This document shows, piece after piece, positions 38,585 to 47,929 of a stretch of 64,000 nt of DNA. The stretch's first letter is position 1. Each line of letters opens with the position of its first letter. The translations under genes were made by a program, and so were the position numbers. The DNA is taken from positions 2,624,001-2,688,000 of the forward strand of contig JBKAGP010000001.1 of assembly GCA_046290465.1 (NCBI GenBank), given 5' to 3'. The DNA comes from Planctomycetota bacterium. GTDB lineage: Bacteria; Planctomycetota; UBA1135; UBA2386. The notes beneath the pieces were generated by a model. The model made no database searches and was not told the DNA's origin. It saw nothing but the letters and a program-made list of their open reading frames with translations.

Positions 38585-40559
38585 CCTCCCCCTCGACGTG
38601 CGCACGCTGCTGGGCCCCGAGGGCCCGATCGCGCGGCGGCTGCCGGACTTCGAGGTTCGCCCCCAGCAGCTCGACCTCAGCCTCGCCGTCGAACGGGCGC
38701 TGCAGGACCGCCAACACCTGATCGCCGAGGCCGGCACCGGCACCGGCAAGTCGTTCGCCTACCTGCTGCCGGCCGCGATGTATGCCGACCAGCACCAGGG
38801 CGAGGGGCCGGTGGTGATCTCGACGCGCACGATCGCGCTGCAGGAACAGCTCGAGCAGAAGGACCTGCCGTTCCTGCACGCGGTGCTGCCGTTCGAGTGG
38901 TCGTCGGTCACCGCGATCGGCCGCAACAACTACCTGTGCCTGCGCCGCATGAACCAGGCCGAACGCGAACAGGCCGGCCTGTTCGAGGATCCGGAGCGGC
39001 ACGCGCAGATGCGCAAGATCGTCGACTGGTCGCTCAACGCCAGCGACGGCACCCGCCAGGAGCTCGACTTCCCGCCGCGACCGGAGGTCTGGGAAGAGGT
39101 CCAGGCCGAGCACGGCAACTGCCTGCAGCGCGCCTGCAAGCACTACGACCAGTGTTACTGGCAGCGCGCGCGGCGGCGCATGCAGACCGCGCAGGTGCTG
39201 GTCGTCAACCACGCGCTCTACTTCGCCGACCTGGCGCTGCGCATCGCCGGCGCGTCCTACCTGCCGGCCCACCGCGTGGTCGTCTTCGACGAGGCCCACC
39301 ACCTCGAACGCACCGCGACCGAGAGCCTCGGCCTGCGCGTCGGCCGCAGCACGGTGGGCTGGCATCTGCGCCGCATCCACAAGCGCCGCGGCGACCGCAC
39401 GCTGCTGGCCCGCTACGGGACCGGCGCGGCCAAGCTGCTGTGGGAGGAGGCGCGGCAGCTCTCGGACGCGTTCTTCGACTCGCTGCAGGAGCGCCTGCAG
39501 AACGGCGCGCACGGCAGTTCGTCGGGCGACGGCGCGGCGCTGCACGACGAGGTCGTCGAAGAAGGGCTGTCGCCGATCCTGCGGGCGCTCAGCGGCGAGC
39601 TGGCGTCGGCGGCGATGCGCACCGAGCACGTCGACGCGCAGATGGAGCTGCAGGCGCGCGCCAACGGCCTCGACGGGCTGTGCCAGATGCTCAAGGCGCT
39701 GTGCGTTCCGAACCCGGCGGCCGAGACCCAGCTGGTGCGCTGGCTCGAACCGTCGCGACACGGCGCGCAGCTGTGCGGCGCCCCGCTCGACGTCAGCGGC
39801 GCCCTGCGGCAGCACCTGTTCGAAGGCGGCGCGACCGCGATCCTGACCAGCGCGACGCTGGCGACCGGCGACGACGACCAGTTCACGTGGCTGCGCAAGC
39901 AGATCGGCCTCGACCGGGCCGAGACGCTGCGGGTCGGCTCGCCGTTCGACTACGACCGCGCGGTCGACTTCGTGATCGAGGAGGCGATGCCGGATCCGTC
40001 GCGCGAATCGCACAGCTACCGCCGCGAGGTCGCCGAGCGCACCGAGCGCCACATCCTCGACAACGGCGGCCGGGCGCTGATCCTGTGCACGTCGTGGGAC
40101 TTCGTGCGGCACCTGGCGCAGCAGCTGCGGCCGGCGTGCAACGCCGAGGGGATCGAGCTGTTGGTGCAGGGCGAGCAGCCGTTGGCGCGCCTGCTCGAGC
40201 GCAAGCGCGACGTCGAGACGTCGGTGCTGATCGGCACCGACAGCCTGTGGGAGGGCATCGACGTGCGCGGCGACGCGCTGACGCTGCTGGTGGTGACGCG
40301 GCTGCCGTTCGCGAGCCCGGGCCACCCGCTGACCCAGGCGCGCATGAACCTGATGAAGCAGCGCGGCCAGGACCCGTTCGGCGAGCACTCGCTGCCCGAG
40401 GCGATCCTGAAGTTCCGCCAGGGGTTTGGCCGGCTGATCCGCGGCCAGCGCGATCGAGGCAAGGTCGTGCTGATGGATCCCCGTGTCAGGACAAAGGGTT
40501 ACGGCCGACGGTTCGTCAGCGCGCTGCCGTTCTCGGACGACTACCAGCCCGAAAGCTGA
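38577..40559 (+). CDS. dinG: DinG/YoaA-family ATP-dependent helicase with Fe-S cluster
   Basis: Q-motif RPQQ, EAGTGTGKS, GRNNYLC and C..C..C, DEAH, TSATL, WEGID, QGFGRLIR; GTG 38577. Confidence 0.9.
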   Translation: MTDLPLDVRTLLGPEGPIARRLPDFEVRPQQLDLSLAVERALQDRQHLIAEAGTGTGKSFAYLLPAAMYADQHQGEGPVVISTRTIALQEQLEQKDLPFLHAVLPFEWSSVTAIGRNNYLCLRRMNQAEREQAGLFEDPERHAQMRKIVDWSLNASDGTRQELDFPPRPEVWEEVQAEHGNCLQRACKHYDQCYWQRARRRMQTAQVLVVNHALYFADLALRIAGASYLPAHRVVVFDEAHHLERTATESLGLRVGRSTVGWHLRRIHKRRGDRTLLARYGTGAAKLLWEEARQLSDAFFDSLQERLQNGAHGSSSGDGAALHDEVVEEGLSPILRALSGELASAAMRTEHVDAQMELQARANGLDGLCQMLKALCVPNPAAETQLVRWLEPSRHGAQLCGAPLDVSGALRQHLFEGGATAILTSATLATGDDDQFTWLRKQIGLDRAETLRVGSPFDYDRAVDFVIEEAMPDPSRESHSYRREVAERTERHILDNGGRALILCTSWDFVRHLAQQLRPACNAEGIELLVQGEQPLARLLERKRDVETSVLIGTDSLWEGIDVRGDALTLLVVTRLPFASPGHPLTQARMNLMKQRGQDPFGEHSLPEAILKFRQGFGRLIRGQRDRGKVVLMDPRVRTKGYGRRFVSALPFSDDYQPES

Positions 40560-40639
40560 GGCGGCCGGCGGACCTGCCGGCGCGGTCGGAATCGTGCCGA
40601 CCGCGCGACAGGAATCCCGAACCGGGGGCCACTCTGGGG

Positions 40640-40665
40640 CTATCGCAGTGATATCATTTCGATAG
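40640..40665. promoter_or_regulatory. Palindromic candidate operator upstream of the SPFH-RHH operon
   Basis: CTATCG-cag-TGATATCA-ttt-CGATAG, 30 nt before the SPFH start. Confidence 0.6.
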
Positions 40666-40694
40666 AATCCAATCACCACCAGAGGAACCGCCCC

Positions 40695-41594
40695 ATGTCC
40701 AACCAATCGAACGAACGGACCTACCAGTCGCCCGGCTCGGGAATCGCCTTCCTGCTGCTCGGCATCCTGTTGATCGCCTCGAGCGTCGCCAGCCTGATCG
40801 TCGGCGCCATCAACATGAAGCGCGGCAACGCGAAGCTCGGCGCGACCCTGCTGATCTCGCTGCCGGTGCAGATCATCGGGGCGGTGCTGGTGCTGCGCGG
40901 CCTCGTGGTCGTCAACCCCAACCAGGCCAAGGTCGTGATCCTGTTCGGCAACTACCGCGGCTCGCTGCGGCAGGACGGCTTCTGGTGGGTCAACCCGTTC
41001 TCGGTGCGCCGCGCGATCAGCCTGCGCGCGCACAACTTCAACAGCGACCACCTGAAGGTGAACGACCTGCGCGGCAACCCGATCGAGATCGGCGCCGTGG
41101 TCGTCTGGCGCGTTCGCGACACGGCGCAGGCGGCGTTCGACGTCGAGGACCACATGAGCTACGTCGAGGTGCAGACCGAGTCGGCGCTGCGCCACCTGGC
41201 GTCGCTGCACCCCTACGACACGCCGCACGACGACGAGACGTCGCTGCGCGGCAGCAGCGAGTCGATCAACCATGAGCTGCAGGGCGAGCTCGAGCAGCGG
41301 CTGGCGCGCGCCGGCATCGAGGTGCTCGAAGCGCGGCTGAGCCACCTGGCCTACGCGCCGGAGATCGCCGGAGCGATGCTGCAGCGCCAGCAGGCCGAGG
41401 CGATCATCGACGCGCGCACCCGCATCGTCGACGGCGCCTGCAGCATGGTCGAGATGGCGCTCGAGCAGCTCGACAAGAACTCGGTCGTCGAACTCGACAA
41501 CGAACGCAAGGCCCAGATGATCACCAACCTGCTGGTCGTGCTCTGCTCCGAACGCACCCAGCCGGTCGTCAACGCCGGCACGCTCTACGGCTAG
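40695..41594 (+). CDS. SPFH/band 7 domain membrane protein
   Basis: Two N-terminal TMs, [43 protein letters not shown]. Confidence 0.92.
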   Translation: MSNQSNERTYQSPGSGIAFLLLGILLIASSVASLIVGAINMKRGNAKLGATLLISLPVQIIGAVLVLRGLVVVNPNQAKVVILFGNYRGSLRQDGFWWVNPFSVRRAISLRAHNFNSDHLKVNDLRGNPIEIGAVVVWRVRDTAQAAFDVEDHMSYVEVQTESALRHLASLHPYDTPHDDETSLRGSSESINHELQGELEQRLARAGIEVLEARLSHLAYAPEIAGAMLQRQQAEAIIDARTRIVDGACSMVEMALEQLDKNSVVELDNERKAQMITNLLVVLCSERTQPVVNAGTLYG

Positions 41595-41605
41595 CACCTT
41601 CCGCC

Positions 41606-41791
41606 GTGGCCGAGAAGAAGGACAAGAAGGGCTTCCTGCTGCGCATCCCCCCGTCGCTGTTCGAAGAGCTGCGGCGGTGGGCAGAGCAGGACATGCGCAG
41701 CATCAACGGCCAGATCGAGTGGATCCTCCGCGACGCCCTCCGTCGCCGCGGCCGGCCCCCGACCAAGGACGAAGCCCCGCCCGACAAGTAG
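41606..41791 (+). CDS. Arc/ribbon-helix-helix DNA-binding protein
   Basis: FLLRIPPSLFEELRRWAEQDMRSINGQIEWIL. Confidence 0.85.
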   Translation: MAEKKDKKGFLLRIPPSLFEELRRWAEQDMRSINGQIEWILRDALRRRGRPPTKDEAPPDK

Positions 41792-41886
41792 CCCCTCCCG
41801 ACAAACAGCCCCCTCTGACGAGTAGCCTCGGTCCGATCGTCTGGCTCCGGCAGCAGAACCTTCCCTCCGGGCGGCGGGGGCCGCGT

Positions 41887-43047
41887 TCAGGCGCCGGAGG
41901 GGAAGTAGCGCTTCAGCGCGAGGAACCACCGCTCGAACAGGTTCCAGCTGATCCACGCGAGCAGCCAGCTGCAGACGACCACCAACGCGGTGAACGCGAC
42001 CGTCGCCCAGACCGGCGACAGCGCGTGCGGCATGCTGCTCAGCCCCGCACTCAGCAGCGCGACCGGTTGCCGCAGCCACTCGGGCCAGGATGCCGGCGCG
42101 GCCGCGTGCGGAATCGCCAGCCGGGTCAGCTGTTCGACCACCAGCATGTGCGTCAGGTAGATGCAGTAGCTGTACTTGCCGAGCGAACGCAGCGGCCACA
42201 GGCCGAACAACGGCTGCAGCACGCGCGACGAGCGGGCGAGCGAGAGCATGCCGACCCCAAGCAGCAACGCCGACAACAGCCCCCAGCTCTGCTGCGCCGG
42301 GGTCGCCGGGATCGACGAGCCGCTGACGAAGCCGGTCGTGACCAGGCCGGCGAGCCCGAGCGGCGTGGCGAGCCAGCCGAGCCACGCGCCGGGTCGTGGG
42401 ATCACCGCGAACAGCGCGCCCGCCGCCAGCGTGTCGAGGCGGCACGGCGTCAGGAAGTGCGTGCCGTCGAACCCGGCATCGACGAGCCAGACCCGCAGGC
42501 CGATCGCGCCGACGATCATCGCGACGCAGACGACGCGCAGCACCCGCGTCGACACCAGCCAGACCAGCGCCGGCCACAGCAGGTAGAACTGCTCTTCGAT
42601 CGCCAGCGACCAGGTGATGTGCCGCGCCGGGTCGATGATCTCGCCGTGCACGAACGCATAGCGGAGGTTCTGGTAGTAGAGCAGGTGCGCGACCTGGTCC
42701 CCGGCGGTCGCCGGCGGCCGCGGCAGCACGAACAGCAGCAGCACGATCACCAGGTAGTAGAGCGGGAAGATCCGCAGCGACCGCCGCATGTAGAAGTTGC
42801 GGAAGTAGCGCGGGCTGCCCTTGGTGCGCACCAGGATCCCGGTGATCAGGAAGCCGCTCAGCACGAAGAACACGTCGACCCCGCTCCAACCCAGGAACGC
42901 GACGCGCGCATACGGGTCGGCCATCGGATCGAGGCCGTATAGCGGCGCCACGAACAGGCTGTGCATGACCAGCACGAACAGGATCGCGAAGCCGCGCACG
43001 CCGTCGAGCGCGGCGATGCGTTCGGGCTCGTGCGTGGTCGTGCTCAT
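41887..43047 (-). CDS. Acyltransferase family 3 (OafA/YrhL-like)
   Basis: ALDGVRG, GVDVFFVLSGFLIT, FYMRRSLRIFPLYY, TWSLAIEEQFY; ATG 43047. Confidence 0.92.
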   Translation of the reverse strand: MSTTTHEPERIAALDGVRGFAILFVLVMHSLFVAPLYGLDPMADPYARVAFLGWSGVDVFFVLSGFLITGILVRTKGSPRYFRNFYMRRSLRIFPLYYLVIVLLLFVLPRPPATAGDQVAHLLYYQNLRYAFVHGEIIDPARHITWSLAIEEQFYLLWPALVWLVSTRVLRVVCVAMIVGAIGLRVWLVDAGFDGTHFLTPCRLDTLAAGALFAVIPRPGAWLGWLATPLGLAGLVTTGFVSGSSIPATPAQQSWGLLSALLLGVGMLSLARSSRVLQPLFGLWPLRSLGKYSYCIYLTHMLVVEQLTRLAIPHAAAPASWPEWLRQPVALLSAGLSSMPHALSPVWATVAFTALVVVCSWLLAWISWNLFERWFLALKRYFPSGA

Positions 43048-43084
43048 GCGCTGTGAGTTGTCGCGTCCGCCCCCCGAAATGCAA

Positions 43085-43116
43085 CAGCCCTCGCCCACCG
43101 ATGTGGGCGAGGGCTG
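43085..43116 (-). terminator. Probable intrinsic terminator after the POT genes
   Basis: 14-bp perfect stem cagccctcgcccac/gtgggcgagggctg, 4-nt loop, followed on the minus strand by TTGCATTT. Confidence 0.6.
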
Positions 43117-43142
43117 CTCGGGGCGGATCCCTGCGATCGGCG

Positions 43143-45107
43143 TCAGGCGCCGTACTTCTTGATCGCCGCGTCGAGCTTCGGCAGCACCGAGAAGATGTAG
43201 AGCGCGACCGCACCGGCGGCGGCGACGATCACCAGGAAGAACATCGACGGACTCATCGCGCCCTGCAGCACCCCGAGGAAGCCGGAGAACTTGTTGCCGA
43301 CAGCGGTCGCGAAGAACCAGCCCCCCATCGTCAGGCCGACGAAGCGCTTTGGCGACAGCTTGGTCACCAGCGACAGCGCCATCGGCGACAGGAACAGCTC
43401 ACCGACCGTGATGATCCCGTAGAAGCCCATCAGCCACATACCCGAGACCTTCATCTCGCCGTTGTTGCTGAGGAAGCCGGCGACCGCCATGAAGCCCGCG
43501 GCGAGCGCGGTGATGATCATGCCGAACAAGATCTTGCGGGCCGTCGAGAAGTCGACCTTCTTGCGCGCCAGGCGCGCGAAGAACAGCATCACGAACGGCG
43601 TCATCAGCACGACGAAGAACGCGTTCCACGACTGGTAGAGCTCGGCGTTCGCCAGCTTGGCGAACTCGCCCGGCGGGACCTCCTTGCTGCCGTCCTTGTA
43701 GAGCGAGTCGAACTTCTCCTTGGTGATCACGTAGGTGACGTAGTCGTCGTCGCCGTTCTCACGCACGAACGCGACCCGCTTGGTCATCTCCGCGCCATCG
43801 TCGACCTTGGCCGAGATCTGCGGCAGGCCATGGCTGTCGGTGCCCTCCTCGATCTCGACCTTCTCGAAGATGTCGACGCTGTATTTCTTCCAGGCCTCCT
43901 GCTCCTCGCTGAGGTCCTTGGTCGGCAGCACCTCGACGCGCACCCCGTCCGGCAGCCTGGTCGACAGGTCCGCCAGCGCCGCGGTGCTCATCTTCTTCTG
44001 CCCGAACATGGTCGCCTGCTCCTCGCTCGCGATGCCGAGCAGCGTCGCCTTGTTGGGCCGCGGCATGTCGTCGCGCGCGTTGTCGTAGTAGCCAGGCAGC
44101 GCATCCTGCGCGAACGGCGTCGAGCCGCCGACCTCGATCGAACCGGCGATCATCACGATCGGATCGGCCTGCTCGAGGTCCCGCGCGGTGTTGTCGTTGG
44201 CCCAGGTCGTCATCGCCGAGCCGTTGAGGTGCAGCACCATGAAGAACGTCCCGCCCGCCAGGTAGATCGGCAGCAGCGCCTTCAGGCCCGGCTTCTCCTC
44301 CTCGTGGGCATCGTTGGACAGCCGCGCGAAGAACAGCAGGATCGGGATCGAACCGATCAGGAAGCCGAAGTCGGTCGGCTTGACCAGCTTGGTGAGCGAG
44401 CCGGGCAGCACGTATTCGGCGACCACCCAACCGATCAGGCCGAAGCCGAGCGCCGGCCCGAGGATCTTCTGCAGGATCTCGGAGAACGGGGTGTCTCCCG
44501 GCTTGTCGCCCGGCTCGATGTCGGCCTTGTCGAGCACCTTCCAGCTCAGCAGCAGGATCGCCACCGAGATCAGCATGCCGATGCCTGCCGCGAGGAACAC
44601 CGCCTCCCAGAAGAAGGCGTTGCGCATGATCGCCGCGAGGAAGTTCGCGACGAACGCGCCGATGTTGATCCCCATGTAGAAGATGTTGAAGCCGGCGTCG
44701 CGCTTGGGGTCCCCCTTCTCGTAGAGGTTGCCGACCATCGCGGAGATGTTCGGCTTGAAGAAGCCGTTGCCGCAGCAGAGCATCACCAGGCCCGCCGGGA
44801 ACGCCCACGACTGGCCCGTCGACAGCATGAAGAAGCCGCCGGCGAACAGCAGTCCCCCGATCAGCACCGACTTGCGGTAGCCGAGGAACCGGTCGGCGAG
44901 CAGGCCGCCGACGTAGGGCGTGAAGTAGACGAAGGCGAGGTAGAGACCGTAGATCTCGTTGCCGACGTCCTTGGACCAGCCGAGACCACCGGTCTCGGAG
45001 TCGGTCGCGTAGAGCAGCAGGATGCCCACCATCGTGTAGAAGGCGAGGCGTTCCCACATCTCGATGAAGAAGAGCCGGAAGAGCCCTTTGGGGTGGCCGG
45101 TGAACAT
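43143..45107 (-). CDS. POT/PTR peptide:H+ symporter with large extracytoplasmic insertion
   Basis: GHPKGL..EMWER, GNGFFKPNIS, FYMGINIG, GELFLSP; ~160-aa soluble insert before YQSWNAFF. Confidence 0.92.
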   Translation of the reverse strand: MFTGHPKGLFRLFFIEMWERLAFYTMVGILLLYATDSETGGLGWSKDVGNEIYGLYLAFVYFTPYVGGLLADRFLGYRKSVLIGGLLFAGGFFMLSTGQSWAFPAGLVMLCCGNGFFKPNISAMVGNLYEKGDPKRDAGFNIFYMGINIGAFVANFLAAIMRNAFFWEAVFLAAGIGMLISVAILLLSWKVLDKADIEPGDKPGDTPFSEILQKILGPALGFGLIGWVVAEYVLPGSLTKLVKPTDFGFLIGSIPILLFFARLSNDAHEEEKPGLKALLPIYLAGGTFFMVLHLNGSAMTTWANDNTARDLEQADPIVMIAGSIEVGGSTPFAQDALPGYYDNARDDMPRPNKATLLGIASEEQATMFGQKKMSTAALADLSTRLPDGVRVEVLPTKDLSEEQEAWKKYSVDIFEKVEIEEGTDSHGLPQISAKVDDGAEMTKRVAFVRENGDDDYVTYVITKEKFDSLYKDGSKEVPPGEFAKLANAELYQSWNAFFVVLMTPFVMLFFARLARKKVDFSTARKILFGMIITALAAGFMAVAGFLSNNGEMKVSGMWLMGFYGIITVGELFLSPMALSLVTKLSPKRFVGLTMGGWFFATAVGNKFSGFLGVLQGAMSPSMFFLVIVAAAGAVALYIFSVLPKLDAAIKKYGA

Positions 45108-45149
45108 GGGGTAGCGAAGGGGAGTGAGGGGGAGAGACGAAAACGGCCG

Positions 45150-45230
45150 TCAGGCCTGGCGATCCGGCCCGAGCAATCGGGCCCGGGCGATCAGGCCCGG
45201 GCGATCAGGGCCGGGAGATCGAAGCCTGGA
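45150..45230. repeat. Imperfect ~14-bp tandem repeat x~6, intergenic
   Basis: Units like tcaggcccgggcga between the two POT genes. Confidence 0.55.
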
Positions 45231-45260
45231 AGAGCGGGGGTTGGTTTCGGAGCGGTGCGA

Positions 45261-46874
45261 TCACTTCACGCCGTGCTGCCACTTCTTGAGCAGCGGCGCG
45301 GACAGCATCAGGGCCACACCTGCTCCGACCGCGATCCAGCACAGCATGTTGTATACGCCGAGGTAGGTGTCGAGCGTCTGCTTGGTGACGTCCGACTCGG
45401 GGCTGGCCATCAGCGTGTTGAGCTTGCTCAACATTTCCGCGTCGTCACCGGCCAGCTTGCTCACCTGCTCGGCGACATAGGCCTGGCCCTCGGCGGAGTC
45501 GATGGCGAGCTTCTCCTCCTCGAGCCCTTCGAACACCTTCAACGCGTTGGCGAACTCGGGCTTCGAACCGGCCAGGGCGTTGACGAAGCCGGCGATCTTG
45601 TGCCCCGCCGAGATCGACAGGAACCACGCCCCCATCACCATGCCGACGATCTTCTTCGGCGCCAGCTTGGTCACCGCGGACAGACCCACCGGCGACAGGC
45701 ACAGCTCGCCGGTCGTGTGCAGCAGGTAGCAGAGCACCAGGAAGATCAGCGGCACGATGCCGCCGACACCGAACGCCGCACCGAGCACCAGCACGCCGTA
45801 GCCGGCGCCGAGTTGGATCAGCGCCAGGCCGAACTTGCCGGGGATCGACGGATCGCGGCCCTTCTTACCGAGCGCGACCCAGAGCATCGAGAACACCGCA
45901 CCGAAGATCACGATGAACGCTGGGTTGAAGAACTGGCCCCAACTGGTCGGCATCGACCAACCGAAGATGTCGCGATCGACGTTGCGGTCGGTGAACAGCG
46001 TCAACGACGTGCCGGCCTGTTCGAAGAACGCCCAGAATAGCGCGTGGAAGCACCACAGGATCACCAGCAGGAACAGGCGCTCGCGCTCGATCTTGCCGCT
46101 CTTGAACGCGACCGCCAGGATCGAACCGATCGTCACGAAGATGCCGACGAGCAGCAGCCAGAACACCAGATCGCTGTTCTGCAACAGGAACCAGACGACC
46201 GGCGCGAGCAGGCCGATGCCGCCGATCACCATGACCATGCGCTTGGCCTGCTGCTCGGGAGCCGGTGGTTCGCCATGGCCTTCGAGTCGGGCCTTGCCCA
46301 GACCGAAGGTGATGATCCCGAGCAGCATGCCGATGCCAGCCAGGCCGAAGCCGTAGGTGTAGCCGTATTCCTCTCCGATCCAGCCACAGAGCAGCGTCGA
46401 CGTCAGCGCGCCGATGTTGATGCCCATGTAGAAGATCGTGAAGCCGGCGTCGCGTCGGGGGTCGCCCTCGGCATACAGCTGGCCGACCATCGAGGAGATG
46501 TTCGGCTTGAACAGACCGTTGCCGCAGATAATCAACGCCATGCCGGCGTAGACCGCGAACTCCTGTTCGACGAGCAGCGTGAACTCGCCGATCGCCATGA
46601 CGATGCCGCCGAGGATGATCGCCCAGCGATAGCCCAGCACGCGGTCGGCGATGATGCCGCCGATGATGGGGGTCAGGTAGACGAGGGCGTTGTAGCTCGC
46701 GTAGACGTTGCCGCCGTCCTCGTCCGTCATGCCAAGGAAGCCCTTGGTCAGGTACAGAACGAGCAAGGCCCGCATGCCGTAGAAGCAGAAGCGCTCCCAC
46801 ATCTCCGCGAAGAAGAGCATGTAGAGGCCGGGGGGATGGCCCTGACGGTCGGGCACGGCGCTGGCGTCGCTCAA
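45261..46874 (-). CDS. POT/PTR peptide:H+ symporter
   Basis: EMWERFCFYG, GNGLFKPNIS, FFEQAGTSL, GELCLSPVGLS; TTG start. Confidence 0.92.
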   Translation of the reverse strand: MSDASAVPDRQGHPPGLYMLFFAEMWERFCFYGMRALLVLYLTKGFLGMTDEDGGNVYASYNALVYLTPIIGGIIADRVLGYRWAIILGGIVMAIGEFTLLVEQEFAVYAGMALIICGNGLFKPNISSMVGQLYAEGDPRRDAGFTIFYMGINIGALTSTLLCGWIGEEYGYTYGFGLAGIGMLLGIITFGLGKARLEGHGEPPAPEQQAKRMVMVIGGIGLLAPVVWFLLQNSDLVFWLLLVGIFVTIGSILAVAFKSGKIERERLFLLVILWCFHALFWAFFEQAGTSLTLFTDRNVDRDIFGWSMPTSWGQFFNPAFIVIFGAVFSMLWVALGKKGRDPSIPGKFGLALIQLGAGYGVLVLGAAFGVGGIVPLIFLVLCYLLHTTGELCLSPVGLSAVTKLAPKKIVGMVMGAWFLSISAGHKIAGFVNALAGSKPEFANALKVFEGLEEEKLAIDSAEGQAYVAEQVSKLAGDDAEMLSKLNTLMASPESDVTKQTLDTYLGVYNMLCWIAVGAGVALMLSAPLLKKWQHGVK

Positions 46875-47124
46875 GCGAGGTCTCCTGACAGAATAAGATT
46901 CGAGAGGGGCTGGGGAAGGCTACCCAGGCCGGCGCCCGGCTCCAGACCGAAGGCGATTACGGGACACCTGTCTCGTCTGCGAAGCGGGTTTGGGGGCGAT
47001 CGGGCCTTGCAAGCAAGCCCCGTGCCCGTTCGGCGGCCTTCGGGGCTCCGGCCTTGCCTGATTGCTGCGTGCCGCGCATCCTGTTCGCCCGCACGTTCCC
47101 TCGAACCCAAGCGAAGCACGAACC

Positions 47125-47847
47125 ATGGGCCGTCAGTGGCTGCAGAAGAACAAGTCGATCACGGCCAACAAGAAGGCCAAGATCACCACCAAGCTCGTCC
47201 GTGAGATCACGATCGCCGCCAAGATGGGCGCCGCCGATCCGGACATGAACCCGCGCCTGTCGATGGCGGTCGAGGCCGCGCGCAAGCAGTCGGTCAGCAA
47301 CGACACGATCAAGCGCGCGATCCAGAAGGGATCGGGCGAGGGCGGCGACTCGGCCGACTACGAGACGATCCTCTACGAGGGCATGGCGCCGCACAACGTG
47401 CCGGTGATCGTCGAGTGCATGACCGAGAACCGCAACCGCACCGGCAGCGACGTCAAGGCGCTGTTCCGCGGCGGCCAGTTCGGCAGCAAGGTGACGTTCA
47501 TGTTCGACCACATGGGCATCATCGACGCGACCCACGAGGACGCCGGCAAGGACGCCGAGGAGGCCGCGATCGAGTGCGGCGCGCAGGACGTCGTGGTGCC
47601 CGAGGGGGCTGCCGACGGGGCATCCGAAGACGAGGCCAACGCCCGCTTCCTGACCGAGGTCGCCGACCTCTACACCGTCGCCGATGCGCTGCGCGCCGCC
47701 GGCTGGTCGGTCGCCTCCGCCGACCTCGGCTACCACCCCAAGGACCCGATCGACCTCGACGGCGACGCGCTCGCCGAAGTCGAGGCCTTCCTCGAAAAGC
47801 TCGAGGACCACGACGACGTGCAAAAGCTCCACGTCGCCCTGAAGTAG
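47125..47847 (+). CDS. yebC: YebC/PmpR family protein
   Basis: MGRQW, KLVREITIAAK, NPRL, YEG, TENRNRT, LEDHDDVQ; ATG 47125. Confidence 0.92.
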   Translation: MGRQWLQKNKSITANKKAKITTKLVREITIAAKMGAADPDMNPRLSMAVEAARKQSVSNDTIKRAIQKGSGEGGDSADYETILYEGMAPHNVPVIVECMTENRNRTGSDVKALFRGGQFGSKVTFMFDHMGIIDATHEDAGKDAEEAAIECGAQDVVVPEGAADGASEDEANARFLTEVADLYTVADALRAAGWSVASADLGYHPKDPIDLDGDALAEVEAFLEKLEDHDDVQKLHVALK

Positions 47848-47929
47848 CCGTACGGTACCTGGTTCATCCTCCAACTTCCGCGAGCGCTGCGCGTCGCGGA
47901 AGTTGAGCCAGTGCAGTCGACGGCTACTT
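47842..47929. repeat. REPIN/MITE-like palindromic element, copy 3
   Basis: Ends aagtagccgt/acggctactt, inner stem caacttccgcga/tcgcggaagttg; contains the stops of yebC and the sulfatase gene. Confidence 0.85.

Noticed and set aside
38577..40559. DinG as part of a type IV CRISPR or defence system
   Set aside because: Looks like a housekeeping Fe-S DinG/YoaA; no cas, nuclease or array nearby.
41606..41791. RHH protein as an antitoxin of a toxin-antitoxin pair
   Set aside because: No adjacent toxin-like gene; the SPFH-RHH pairing and upstream dyad explain it.
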